Assembly (NCBI GenBank): GCA_964016885.1
Contig: OZ024757.1
Coordinates: 37,324,001-37,388,000 of the forward strand
From: Eledone cirrhosa
Lineage: Eukaryota
Direction of reading: 5' to 3'
DNA: 64,000 nt
Of this stretch, positions 52,053 through 63,058 are shown piece after piece. Each line of letters begins with the position of its first letter. The first letter of the stretch is position 1. Position numbers and translations under genes: made by a program. The notes under the pieces were generated by a model that saw nothing but the letters and a program-made list of their open reading frames with translations, did not search any database and was not told where the DNA came from.

Positions 52053-55000
52053 CTTTTCTTACCTGTTGTTCCTTTTCTTCTCTTTTTGTTTTAGTTTTCT
52101 ATGCCGTGTATACATTTTTTTCTTGTCAGACAAAAATAATTTATACACGACACACACAAAAAAAAATAATTTTCAAATAAAAAAAAAATCAACTTTGTTA
52201 AAGAAATTAATAATACGAAAACAGATAAAAAATTTCTATATCACACATTGAAACATAATTTTAAGCACATTTGAGTTGTAGGACAATTGTGAAATAAATA
52301 AATAAAATAAAATAAAATGAAATAAAATCAAATCAAATCAAATCAAATAAAATAAAGTGAAAATAGAATTTTTAGACAAAGAAATATGTAAAAGTGAAAA
52401 TACTTGAGAGATATCCAGGTGTCAGTATTTATCAAAATAAAGTGATTTGATATCCCAGGAAATTATAATGTAATGGCAAAGATGAATTAAAAAAAAAATT
52501 AAAACAACTGCAAAAAAAAAAAAATATACTAAATAAAAAAAAACAACAGCAACAAAAACAAAAAAAATTAACAAAAAATTAACAAAATATAACAGCAACA
52601 AAAAATAAAAACATACCAATACCAAAGTGTTGAATAAAAATTATAACCGCAGCTGAAATAGTTTCTTCTGTGTTGAAAAATATAAAAAATATAAAAAATA
52701 TAAAAAATATAAATAAAAATAATTTATAATATAATACTGTTTTTTAATAACCATGGTAACATAAAATATTTTATTATGAACAACCTCCTCCTCGTCCCTC
52801 TCTCCCTCCTCTTCCGCCAAAAATGATGGATAGAATAAAAAAATGTACGGACATTTGTCTTTTATCATCATCATCTTTGTGTGTGTGATAGGTATAAAGT
52901 TTAACTCTTCTGCGAGCATGTTACTAACAAGAAAATATTACTATTGTGTTCTAATTATAAAAGTCAAACCCCCCCCCCCCCCCCCAAAAAAAAATTCAGC
53001 AATTATGTGAGGTTTAATCCTTTAGCAATTTCATCCAGCTGTATCTGGCCAGAATTCTCTCCTCTCTTTCTGGTCAAATTGGCCGTAACTAGCTGCTCAT
53101 ACTGATGTTAATGTATTGTTCTCAAAATAAATAATATCAAAATTTCATAGATTCGATATTATGTGAGATAAAGCCTTTACCGTGAAAATATAATAGTATA
53201 TATAGAGTAATGTAAATGCTATCAAAATCTCACAGATACGATATTAAGTGAGATATTATGTGAGATAAAGCCTTTATCATGAAAATATAATAGTAAATAT
53301 AGAGTAATGTAAATGATAAATTTTTGTATTTCTCTTTTTTTTTCTTTTTTCCTTTCAGTACTTCACGGAGCTGGCCCCCAACCTGCCTACACTGCTGCCC
53401 ATGCTATCAGCTGGTCCCTACAGTGTGCGAAAGGAGTAGAATATCTACATAGTATGAAACCGAAAGCTCTTATTCACAGAGATCTCAAACCACCGAAGTA
53501 AATCTACTTTTTTAACTATATTTATATTTCTCTCTCATATATATATAAGTAGAAGGGATATTTAATTTGTTGGAAATACAACAAATATTTATAACTGATT
53601 CAGAGCACTCGACAGATTTCTGGAGAAAATATTCAATGATATTAAATGGAAACTACATTTATAAAACCATATTTATTCAATTATATATATTTCAAGGGTA
53701 CCAAAATTTTGGTACGCTATCATCAGATAAAATACAAAAAGTTTTATAAATATTTGACATGACCAACGATAATATACTTTAACGATTCACTTTCCAGGGA
53801 TAACTTGAACCGTTGGTCATGTCAAATATTTATAAAACTTTTTGTATTTTATCTGATGATAGCGTACCATATTTTGGTACCCTTGAAATATATATAATTG
53901 AATAAATATGGTTTTATAAATATAGTTTCCATTTAATATCATTGTATATATATATATATATATATATAAAGTAGTTCCACAACAGTTCACCATACCGAGA
54001 ACAAATGTTTCACCTTATGTGGATCTTCAGCTCGGTCCCATGGACTGAATGCTCTACTACTACGGATATAACCCTTCAGTATTCTACTATTATATATATA
54101 TATATATATGTTAAAGAGTTAAACAAGATTCAATGAGTATATCAGAGAATGAGTTTTACAGTAGATTGGAAGCACTCTACGGAAAATAATTTTCCAGAGT
54201 TATTAATATTAAAATACAAATACTAATAAAATCTTAACCATTTAACATCTCAGGGTATGTCGTGTATCATTATATTTTGTCTGATGAGTACGTACTGTTG
54301 TACCTCTGAAATATGTATAATAAAATGTAATTGATCAAAAGAACATCTATTTTATTAATATTTATATTTTAATATATATATATAGTGAAATTCCATTCTA
54401 ACGAAATTCACCGGGTATAAAAAATAATTTGTTGTAATGAAAAATTCTTTATAACAAGATTGGCCGAACACATCGAGCTCCAGTGTCTCTCTAGACTCCC
54501 CCTCTCTCTCATACTCTCTCCTCTCTGTCTCTAGACTCCCCCTCTCTCTCTCTAGACCCCCTCTCTCTCTCTAGATCCCCCCTCTCTCTCTAGACTCCCT
54601 CTCTCTCTAGACTCCCTCTCTCTCTCTTTCTAGACTCTCTCCTCTCTCTCTCTAGATCCCCCCCTCTCTCTCTCCAAACCCCCCTCTCTCTCTAAATCCC
54701 CCTCTCTCTCTAGACTCCCTCTCTCTCTCTAGACTCCCTCTCTCTCTCTCTAGACTCTCTCCTCTCTCTCTCTAGATTCCCCCTCTCTCTCTAGACTCCC
54801 CCTCTCTCTCTAGATTCCCCCTCTCTCTCTAGACTCCCTCTCTCTCTAGACTCCCTCTCTCTCTCTAGATTCCCCCTCTCTCTCTAAATCCCCCTCTCTC
54901 TCTAAATCCCCCTCTCTCTCTAGATTCTTCCCATCTCTCTCTCTAGATTCGCCCTCTCTCTCTAGACCCCCTCTCTCTCTGGACTCCCCCCTCTCTCTCT

Positions 55001-57714
55001 GGACTCCCCCTCTCTCTCTAGATTCTTCCCATCTCTCTCTCTAAAACCTCATCTCTGTCTACAGTAAAATACTTCTAATTAAAAATGTCTAACAGTCTAA
55101 GATATTCTGCGGAAATTGTCCTTCTTTTCACTAATTCCATTTTGTTGTTGTTGTTCTTATGGTTGTTGTTCTTGTTGTTGTCGTTATTGTTGGTGTTACT
55201 GTTGTTGTTGTTCTTGTTATGGTTGTTCTTGTTGTTGTCGTTATTGTTGGTGTTATTATCCTTATTGTTGTTGTTGTTATTATCATTGTTGTTGTTGCCA
55301 TTGTTGTTATTGTTTTCATTGATCTTACCATTGTTTGTGTTGTTGGTGTCATTGTGTGTGTTGTTGTCATTGTGTGGGTTGTAGTTGTTATCATTGTTGT
55401 TGTTGTAGTTGTTATCACAGTGTAGTGTATATGTTACAGGTACCCCCCCCCCCCCCCCCCAACTCTATATTACTAAACAATCTACTTCATTGTATTTTCT
55501 ATTTTTTTTTCAATTAAATCTATTTTCAATTAATTTTTTCCTTAATCCCTTTTCACTTTTCTCTTTAATTACTTTCAATCCAATCACTGCACTTGTTGGT
55601 CTTTGAAATATCTTCAAGATTAAATTAAACAACAGCAACAACAACCTTTTAAAACCATTGTTGTACCGAAAAATAGTAAGGAAAAATATTTGTTCATGGG
55701 TGTTGTTGATGTTGTGCCTCTGTAAACTTAGGACCAAAAGTGTTTAGGTTTTAATCAATTCTATCTGTAATTCAGACGTAAGTGTATCTAGGACTACATC
55801 ATCAAATTTGTTCATTGTTGTTAGGACCAAAAGTGTTTAACTCTTTAGCATTTAAGCCAGCCATATCTGGCCAGAATTCTCTCACCTCTTTCTGTTTAAA
55901 CCTGTTGTAACTGGCTGCTCATACTGATGTTAAAATAAATAATATCAAAATCTCATGGATTTGATATTATGTGAGATAATTATATGAGATAAAGCCTTTA
56001 CCACAAAAATACAATAGTAAATATAGAGTAATGTGAATGTTAAAGGGTTAAACCAGCCATATCCGGCCAGAATTCTCTCACCTCTTTCTGTTCAAACTAG
56101 CTGTAACCGGCTGCTTGTATTGATGTTAAGGTATTGTTCTCAAAATAAATGATATCAAAATCTTGTAGATTCGATATTATGTGAGATAATTATGTAAGAT
56201 AAAGTCTTTACTGTGAAAATACAATAGTATATATATAGTAATGGAAATGCTAAAGATTTAAGTGGAGAGTAGAGGAGTGTCTTGGGTGTAGTTGTGTGTG
56301 TTGAAGGGAAGAATTTGGTAGATGTCAGTTGCTTCAGTCCGTGTCTACGCATACACACATATATATATCCTCTGTAGTCCTCTCTGGAGCAAGATGTGAC
56401 ATAGCCAATCATGACCAGACTTGCTTCCCCAGCCTGTCTAACCCATACAAGCATGGAAGAATTGACGCTAAACAGAAATGATGATGATATTATCTTGTGC
56501 TTTAAATTTCTCTTGCAGTTTACTGCTGATAATGGGTGGAAAAGTCTTGAAGATTTGTGACTTTGGTACTGCTTGTGATATTCAGACACATATGACAAAC
56601 AATAAAGGGAGTGCAGCTTGGATGGCACCTGAAGTTTTTGAAGGTAAAAACTGGAAAAAAATGTTTTATTGTATTTTCTTTTACAGCTCTACTGTGTGAA
56701 TCTGGGTCCTTTCTCTCCAAAAATATATAGATTTATTGTATATAAACATATTATATATGTTTACATATGTCATATGTCTTCATATACATCTCTGTTATGC
56801 TTAAATGGATTCTTGCGTGGAGGTGCCATGGCAAAAAAGCACCCAGTACTCACTGTAAATGAAGTTGTTGTTAGGAAGGGCATCCAGCTGTAGAAATCAA
56901 GCTAGAATCAGTTCCCGTATGAGACGACACAAGGTCAGCCAACTGGACACTGTCCACAACGGGACAACCCGCCTAACCCATGCTAGCGTGGAAGAACAGA
57001 CGTAAAACGGCAATGATGATGATATATATAATATGGAAAATGAAGAATCAGTGATGCATCAGAACACAAATTTATTACGTATTACAAATGTTTCTCCGGC
57101 TAACAGCTTGAGGTGCGATCTGTTTGTGGATCAAACCTGACTCTGGATTCGCAAGTTCCTCAGATACGTCTAGTGATTTCGAAGCAAATCCTCTGAGGAA
57201 CTTGCGAATCCAGATTTAGGTTCGATCCACAAACAAATCGCCTCTCGAGCTGTTCGCTGGAGAAACATTTGTAATACGTAATAAATTTGTGTTCCGATGC
57301 ATCACTGATTCTTTGTTTTCCATATTATCATACTCTGCTCTGTAGGAGCATAGAGTGCTCAACCGGCATACCACCTATGGAAGCATCCAAGCAACCTTAC
57401 CACAAATACATATATATATATACTGAGAATTCTAAAGAGGTGATCTTGCTGACTACATCAACAATAGACAGTTAGCAATATATTATGTATGAAGCTGTAT
57501 TTTTCTCCTCTAACTAGACTTTGTTTAGCAGCTGAAAGACATTAACCCATACCCCTCCTCTGCAACCTTTGCATAGTGTCAAGCTGGGAGGTAGTGGTGG
57601 GTGGTGTCATTTTGATTATATATATATATATATTTTTTTTTTTACTTGTTTTCCTGTATTAGTTTCCTCTTTGCTTCATTCTTGAATGTCTGTTTAGAAT
57701 TTTATATTTTAGAC

Positions 57715-57777
<63 letters not shown>

Positions 57778-57959
57778 CTACACCCCTCTCTCCTCTCATC
57801 ATAACCATTTTTCCCTGCATTCATATATATATATGAAAAGAGTCATATATATATTTATGCATTCACATATGTGTATATATGTGTATGTATATATATTTGT
57901 GTGTGTATGTATAGATATGTATGTGTATATATATATGTATGTGTATATATATATGTATG

Positions 57960-57999
<40 letters not shown>

Positions 58000-58104
58000 T
58001 ATGTGTGTATGTATATATATATATGTATATATATATCTATATATATCTATATATATATATGTATCTATATATATATATATGTATCTATATATAGTTATAC
58101 ATAC

Positions 58105-58151
<47 letters not shown>

Positions 58152-58185
58152 TACATACACGTTCATATATATGTATATATACATA

Positions 58186-58233
<48 letters not shown>

Positions 58234-58350
58234 CATACACACACATATATACACACACACACGTGTCAATGACATTGCCCTTTTGTTGTGAGAAAAAAGA
58301 AATACCCATAAGAAAAGGACAAAAACGATCATCAACATTGTTGTTATTAC

Positions 58351-58392
<42 letters not shown>

Positions 58393-59172
58393 TATTATTA
58401 TTAATACTCTTTGAGTCTCAGTCATTGATGTTAGTTAACTGGAAAGTCCGTTGGAATGAATATCAAGCCACTACCTGCAGCCTCAGATATTCAGGACGTA
58501 TCGGAGGGTTCTTGCTGTTCCCAGCAAGCATGCCTTTTGAAGCGTTCTAAAAAGCGTGAATTATTATTATTATTACTATTATTATTATTATTATTACTAT
58601 TACTATTATTACCATTATTATTGTTATTGTTATTCCTTGAATCTCAGTCATTGATGTTGGTTAACTGGAAAGTCCGTTGGATTGAATATCAAGCCACTAC
58701 CTGCAGCCTCAGATATTCAGGACGTATCGGAGGGTTCTTGCCGTTCCAAGCAAGCATGCCTTTTGAAGCGTTCCAAAAAGCGTTATCATTATTATTACTA
58801 TTATTATTATTATTATTATTACTATTACTATTATTATTATTATTACCAACAAATACTAGAAAAGCGAAAACAAAAGTGAAAAAGTATTAGAATTGATTTG
58901 ATTATGAGAACAAGAGCAAGATGAAGATGTTTGTGGTTTTTCAATGAAGAATTTTGGTAAATTGTTCCACTGTAACAACTGGCTGTTGGAGACAAAATAT
59001 AGCTGATGACAAATTACTGAGAGTTACATATATAGAATAGCAGTGTGTATGTGTTTTATATATATATATATATATATATGTGTGTATTTGTATATACATA
59101 TAAATATATATATTTATGTGTGTATATATATAATAATCTTCATTATAGTTATATATATATATATCTGCAAAC

Positions 59173-59203
<31 letters not shown>

Positions 59204-59377
59204 ACGCAAATATAAGTATTACACATACATACATAAATATATATACATACTCACAAACACACACACATACGTATGTATATTTATATACACATCACACACA
59301 CACATATATATATATATATCCAAACCCATATATATGCCCCCACACACACATATATATATATAGATACCCACCACCAC

Positions 59378-59408
<31 letters not shown>

Positions 59409-59997
59409 TATAAGTAACACGACTTTAAATTACTATATTTATTTTGGAAGAGTCAAAAATATCAAAAAAAATATCAAGAAACAAAAAAATATTAGTTTTC
59501 AAAAAATGTCTTCTTTTCTTCTTTTCTTCTTTTTAAACTTTTATTTTCTAGATTTTTGAGGTTTTTTTTTAGTTATTTTTAATAGTTTTATTTTAAAATC
59601 TTTCTTTTTTCTCTTTATTTTTTAATCCTCTCCAATGACTCTCCCCCACCCCACCCCACCCCAATTGAATCTATTTAGAATCTTTAACTCTCTCTTTTTC
59701 TCTGTCTCTCCCCCTCATCCTTCTCTATCCCTCTTTTTTTCTCTCTCTGTTTCTTTTTCTGTATCATTTTGTCTCTTGCTCTGTCATCTCTACCTTTTCT
59801 TTCTCTCTTTCTTTGTCATCTCTACCTTTTCTTTGGTTTTCATGTCTCTCCATTTCTATCTTCCTCTCTATCTATCTCTCTTCTTCTCACTATTTCTCTT
59901 AGTCTCTCTCTTCCTCTCACTATTTCTCTTAGTCTCTCTCTTCCTCTGTCTTCCATCTCACTTCATCTCTATCAGTCTCTCTCTCTGTTTTTTACTT

Positions 59998-60041
<44 letters not shown>

Positions 60042-61441
60042 CTCCCTCTCTCTCCCATTCTGTCTTTTTCTCTTTCTATCTCTCTGTTTATCTCTCTCTG
60101 TCTCTCTCTCTCTGCCTCTACCCCTCTCTCTGCCTCAGTTTCTTTCTTTCTACCTCTCTATTTATCTCTGTCTGCCTCTATATCTCTCTCTCGCTCACTC
60201 TTTGCTCCCCCCCCCTCTCTCTCTATTTATCTCTGTCTGCTTCTCTCTCTCTCTCTCTCTCTCTCTTTGCTCCCCCTCTTTCTCTATTTATCTCTGTCTG
60301 CTTCTCTCTCTCTCTCTCTCTCTCTCTTTGCCCCGCCCTCTCTCTCTATTTATCTCTCTCTGCTTCTATATCTCTCTCTCTCTCTCTTTGCTCCCCTCTC
60401 TCTCTCTATTTATCTCTGTCTGCTTCTCTCTCTCTCTCTCTATCTCTCTCTCTTTGCTCCCCCCTCTCTCTATTTATCTCTGTCTGCTTCTCTCTCTCTC
60501 TCTCTCTCTTTGCTCCCCCCTCTCTCTCTATTTATCTCTGTCTGCTTCTCTCTCTTTCTCTCTCTCTTTTTGCTCCCCCCTCTCTCTCTATTTATCTCTG
60601 TCTGCTTCTCTCTCTCTCTCTCTCTGCTCCCCCTCTCTCTCTATTTATCTCTGTCTGCTTCTCTCTCTCTCTCTCTTTGCCCCCCCCCCCCCCCTCTCTA
60701 TTTATCTCTTTCTCTTTGCTCCCCCCTCTCTCTCTATCTCTGTCTGCTTCTCTCTCTTTCTCTCTCTCTCTTTGCTCCCCCCTCTCTCTCTATTTATCTC
60801 TGTCTGCTTCTCTCTCTCTCTCTCTCTCTTTGCTCCCCCCTCTCTCTCTCTATTTATCTCTCTCTGCTTCTATACCTCTCTCTCTCTCTTTGCTCCCCCC
60901 CTCTCTCTATTTATCTCTCTCTGCTTCTATACCCCTCTCTCTCTCTCTCTCTTTGCTCCCCCCTCTCTCTATTTATCTCTGTCTACTTCTCTCTCTCTCT
61001 CTCTCTCTCTCGCTTTGCTCCCCTCTCTTCCTATCTCCCTCTCACCCCCACACCACAAACAAGAACCTGTATATTAAAAACTGATGTTAAATTTTGATTT
61101 AACTGTATAACCTTTTATTTACTATCTTCCAAAATACACTCACAACTTCTGTCTAATCTCTACCACCGAGTTCTACTAAGAATCATCCTTGTTGTTATGT
61201 TGTTGTTGTTGTTGTTAGTGTTGTTGTCATTATTGTCATTATTACTATTGTTATTGTTAAGTTTTTATTTTTAAACTATATCTCTCTCTCTTTCTCTCTC
61301 TCTCTCTCACTATATATATATATACACACATATATGTAAGTATATGTTTATATATATATATATATATACGCACACATGTATATAGATGTGTATATATATG
61401 TATATGTGTATATATGTGTATATATATATATATGTATATGC

Positions 61442-61479
<38 letters not shown>

Positions 61480-62310
61480 CTATATATATACATGCACACA
61501 TGTATATAGATGTATATATATATGTGTGTGTGGATACATGTGTGTATATATGTGTATATATATATATATTCCAATTTCTAATTTCTGCCGGACCGGCAAC
61601 CGCTCTTTCAAACCAGTTCCTGTACACAGCTAAGTATTCTATAAGTCTCTAGCTGTGTCATTCTCGATAAAAGCACTGGATATGTAGTCCTGATGAATTC
61701 TAACAAGAATGAAACGCGTAGATTACTTCCCTTGCTTTTATCGAGAATCTAATTGTAATACGTGACGTATTCTATTCTATAGCGATTAGGTCTTCAAAAT
61801 GTTTATTATAAACATACAGAATATTTTCGAATATTCTATGTCTATATTCATATATATATATATATATATACATGTATATAGATGTGTGTGTGCATATATG
61901 CATATGTGTGTGTGCGTATATATATATATGCACACATGTATATAGATGTGTGTGCGTATATATATATATATATACGCACACATGTATATAGATGTGTATA
62001 TATGTGTGTATATATATATATATATAATCTGTTTATTGTTCAGTTCATCTTTGATATTCGGCTGCAGTTTTCTTTGTTTTTCAAGATTTAAAGATGAATT
62101 GAATCTGACAACTTCTCTAACTTAAATGAAACAAAACACAAACAAACAAAAGGAAGTATATATATATATATATAAACATAGTATATATATATAAACATAG
62201 TATATATACTGTCTTTTCTTCCATCCTTTTCTTTATTTTTTCTTTCATTTCATATACATACATACATGTGTACACATATATGTATGTATATGTATGTGTG
62301 TGTCTGCATG

Positions 62311-62355
<45 letters not shown>

Positions 62356-62546
62356 GCGTGTGTATGTATGTATCATCATCCTTTTTACACCTGCATTAGT
62401 ATATATATATTATATATATTTTATTATATATATATATTATATTTATATAATATATACATATATTATATATATATTATGTATATATTATATATATATAATA
62501 TATATATTATATTTATATAATATATACATATATTATTTATATATTA

Positions 62547-62580
<34 letters not shown>

Positions 62581-62631
62581 CCCCGTCTAACCCATGCTAG
62601 CATGGAAAATGGACGTTAAACGAAGATGATG

Positions 62632-62682
<51 letters not shown>

Positions 62683-62838
62683 TATATAAGTTTTGTTTGT
62701 GTCTATATTATATCTGTATTTTTTGGTCAGTCAATGGTAAACATTGAGGACCGAATAAATTAACTGATATAAAAGATACAGAATCGAAAACGAACCAAAC
62801 AGTGAGTGTGTTCTGTTAATATGACCCTCCCCAAGTAT

Positions 62839-62880
<42 letters not shown>

Positions 62881-63058
62881 GCATGATGTATATATGTATA
62901 TATATAGTTTATTACTTTCTACTTTCCAGGTTCCAACTATAGTGAGAAATGTGATGTATTCAGTTGGGGAATTATTCTATGGGAGATATTCACACGTAGG
63001 AAACCTTTTGATGAGATGGGAGGGCCTGCATTTCGTATAATGTGGGCCGTACACCAAG
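25965..63058 (+). CDS. MAP3K7: TGF-beta-activated kinase 1 (MAP3K7/TAK1), first six coding exons (kinase domain); continues beyond right edge
   Basis: Exons 25965-26012, 29208-29387, 47424-47469, 53359-53497, 56519-56643, 62930-63058 (667 nt), GT-AG and phase-consistent. TAK1-specific motifs: [100 protein letters not shown]. Confidence 0.96.
26130..28090. repeat. G/T-rich ~105-bp satellite in MAP3K7 intron 1
   Basis: About 18 homogeneous units built of 40+40+25-nt subunits sharing GATGTTAGACTG. Confidence 0.92.
28350..29140. repeat. (CCA/CTA)n repeat
   Basis: Direct inspection; source of the poly-Pro and poly-Val pseudo-ORFs. Confidence 0.9.
29208..29387 (+). CDS. MAP3K7: MAP3K7 exon 2
   Basis: [60 protein letters not shown]. 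Confidence 0.95.
29653..30499. repeat. 48-bp minisatellite ending in an inverted unit
   Basis: About 17 copies of CTGTAAGGTGGTAGTGTTAGTGCCATGACAAAAGACAYYYAGTCCACY. Confidence 0.92.
30880..31070 (+). mobile_element. piggyBac-like MITE
   Basis: TTAA CCCTTTAACATTT...AAATGCTAAAGGG TTAA. Confidence 0.75.
31690..32160 (-). mobile_element. SINE with family A head and a different 3' tail
   Basis: Homologous to 4150-4465 and 21845-22010. Confidence 0.6.
33290..33705 (-). mobile_element. RTE-clade LINE fragment
   Basis: [42 protein letters not shown]...[11 protein letters not shown]. Confidence 0.75.
33740..34283. mobile_element. (TA)n-embedded fold-back element
   Basis: About 190-bp near-identical inverted arms (33740-33930 / 34090-34283) with a spacer of about 160 nt. 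Confidence 0.75.
33796..33950 (-). ncRNA. Hammerhead ribozyme with very long helix II
   Basis: Minus strand TTCATTATTT-CTGAAGA-(116 nt containing a 13-bp ATATATATGTGTT/AACACATATATAT stem)-GAAA-CGATCG-TT/AAATAATGAA: perfect 10-bp helix I, palindromic helix III. Confidence 0.7.
34595..34850 (-). mobile_element. RTE-clade LINE 3' fragment
   Basis: Reverse-complement homologue of 1036-1280. Confidence 0.65.
39325..39731 (+). mobile_element. Family B SINE interrupted by a 10-bp-period array
   Basis: Homologous to 19436-19772. Confidence 0.65.
39744..39946. mobile_element. (TA)n-embedded element with terminal fold-back (39744-39869)
   Basis: About 58-bp imperfect arms; homologous to 23297-23489. 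Confidence 0.7.
40445..41240. repeat. (CAA/CCA)n tract and facing (TGG/TTG)n tract
   Basis: 40445-40757 and 40975-41240. Confidence 0.85.
41325..41860. mobile_element. Head-to-head pair of RTE-tailed SINE 3' parts
   Basis: Minus copy 41325-41481 and plus copy 41595-41860. Confidence 0.65.
41860..42130. mobile_element. (TA)n-embedded fold-back element
   Basis: About 90-bp arms (41860-42073) each carrying a hammerhead; tail shared with 53550-53944, 15620-15740 and 10425-10470. Confidence 0.7.
42033..42086 (+). ncRNA. Hammerhead ribozyme remnant (CTcATGA core variant; the mirror arm has intact CTGATGA)
   Basis: TATTTTAT-CTCATGA-AAGC GTACCAA[TGTTGTC]TTGGTAC CCTT-GAAA-TATATA-TA/ATAAAATA; same family as 53845. 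Confidence 0.55.
42380..43300. repeat. CT-rich minisatellite with TGTAACCC interruptions
   Basis: Direct inspection. Confidence 0.85.
44078..45205. repeat. (TGTGG)n and (GGT)n/TTGGTTAAGG repeats
   Basis: Direct inspection. Confidence 0.88.
46420..47105. repeat. (GGT)n-based minisatellite
   Basis: Direct inspection. Confidence 0.88.
47424..47469 (+). CDS. MAP3K7: MAP3K7 exon 3 (46-nt exon, hinge region)
   Basis: ttccag|[15 protein letters not shown]|gtaaga; absent from the ORF track. Confidence 0.93.
47590..48203. repeat. ~59-61-bp minisatellite just downstream of MAP3K7 exon 3
   Basis: About ten copies of AGGGCTTCACAAGGTTAACCCCTACTGTAGCWGTGAAAACAG... Confidence 0.88.
48478..48930 (+). mobile_element. 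Tandem family A SINE copies
   Basis: Two near-full copies and a duplicated tail. Confidence 0.75.
49080..51140. repeat. Tetranucleotide-based (CAGA/CTGA/GGCA) ~36-bp minisatellite
   Basis: Direct inspection; about 2 kb. Confidence 0.92.
53014..53315 (+). mobile_element. piggyBac-like MITE with internal duplication, abutting MAP3K7 exon 4 acceptor
   Basis: Same family; degenerate termini. Confidence 0.65.
53359..53497 (+). CDS. MAP3K7: MAP3K7 exon 4
   Basis: [46 protein letters not shown]. Confidence 0.95.
53550..53944. mobile_element. (TA)n-embedded fold-back element
   Basis: About 135-bp arms (53634-53944), each with CTGATGA...GAAA. Confidence 0.75.
53845..53904 (+). ncRNA. Minimal hammerhead ribozyme in right arm of a fold-back element (mirror copy on minus strand in left arm)
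   Basis: TATTTTAT-CTGATGA-TAGC GTACCA[TATTT]TGGTAC CCTT-GAAA-TATATA-TA/ATTGAATA. Confidence 0.65.
53994..54036 (-). ncRNA. Minimal hammerhead ribozyme, intact core
   Basis: Minus strand ACCGAG-CTGAAGA-TCCACATAAGGT-GAAA-CATTTG-TT/CTCGGT: perfect 6-bp helix I, weak helix II. Confidence 0.7.
54270..54330 (+). ncRNA. Minimal hammerhead ribozyme, intact core
   Basis: TTATATTTTGT-CTGATGA-...GTAC[TGTT]GTAC...-GAAA-TATGTA-TA/ATAAAATGTAA: 11-bp helix I including G-U pairs. Confidence 0.7.
54485..55050. repeat. CT-rich minisatellite with TAGAC/TAGAT interruptions
   Basis: Direct inspection. Confidence 0.85.
55837..56260 (+). mobile_element. Two tandem piggyBac-like MITE copies
   Basis: First copy 55837-56051 bounded by TTAA; second copy begins at the shared TTAA. 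Confidence 0.7.
56519..56643 (+). CDS. MAP3K7: MAP3K7 exon 5 (activation loop)
   Basis: [41 protein letters not shown]. Confidence 0.96.
56815..57022 (+). mobile_element. RTE-tailed SINE 3' part
   Basis: Same domain and (GAT)n tail. Confidence 0.65.
57029..57410. mobile_element. (TA)n-embedded fold-back element
   Basis: About 135-bp imperfect arms (57029-57327) with a 27-nt spacer, followed by a unique tail and (TA)n. Confidence 0.72.
57077..57169 (-). ncRNA. Hammerhead ribozyme with extended helix II
   Basis: Minus strand ACGTAT-CTGAGGA-(62 nt)-GAAA-CATTTG-TA/ATACGT: perfect 6-bp helix I. Confidence 0.6.
58405..58787 (-). mobile_element. Two tandem 3' ends of an R4/Dong-like (restriction-like endonuclease) non-LTR retrotransposon in (TAA)n
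   Basis: Both copies (about 58405-58560 and 58633-58787) read [19 protein letters not shown] on the minus strand, followed by a short 3' UTR and (TAA)n. Confidence 0.7.
59690..61045. repeat. CT-rich low-complexity region and minisatellite
   Basis: Direct inspection; source of the 480-aa and 442-aa pseudo-ORFs. Confidence 0.88.
61684..61726 (+). ncRNA. Minimal type I hammerhead ribozyme (Penelope-like-element type), intact core
   Basis: GTAGTC-CTGATGA-ATTCT[AACA]AGAAT-GAAA-CGCG-TA/GATTAC: 6-bp helix I, full CUGAUGA and GAAA core, 5-bp helix II, palindromic helix III, GUA cleavage triplet. Confidence 0.85.
62930..63058 (+). CDS. MAP3K7: MAP3K7 exon 6
   Basis: [43 protein letters not shown], gtaagg donor. 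Confidence 0.95.

Noticed and set aside
58456-58890. Plus-strand 144-aa ORF with duplicated segment
   Set aside because: Antisense reading of two retrotransposon 3' ends joined by (TTA)n
59635-61097. 480-aa and 442-aa ORFs
   Set aside because: Translations of a CT-rich minisatellite (Leu/Ser runs) inside MAP3K7 intron 5; no domain and no splice support
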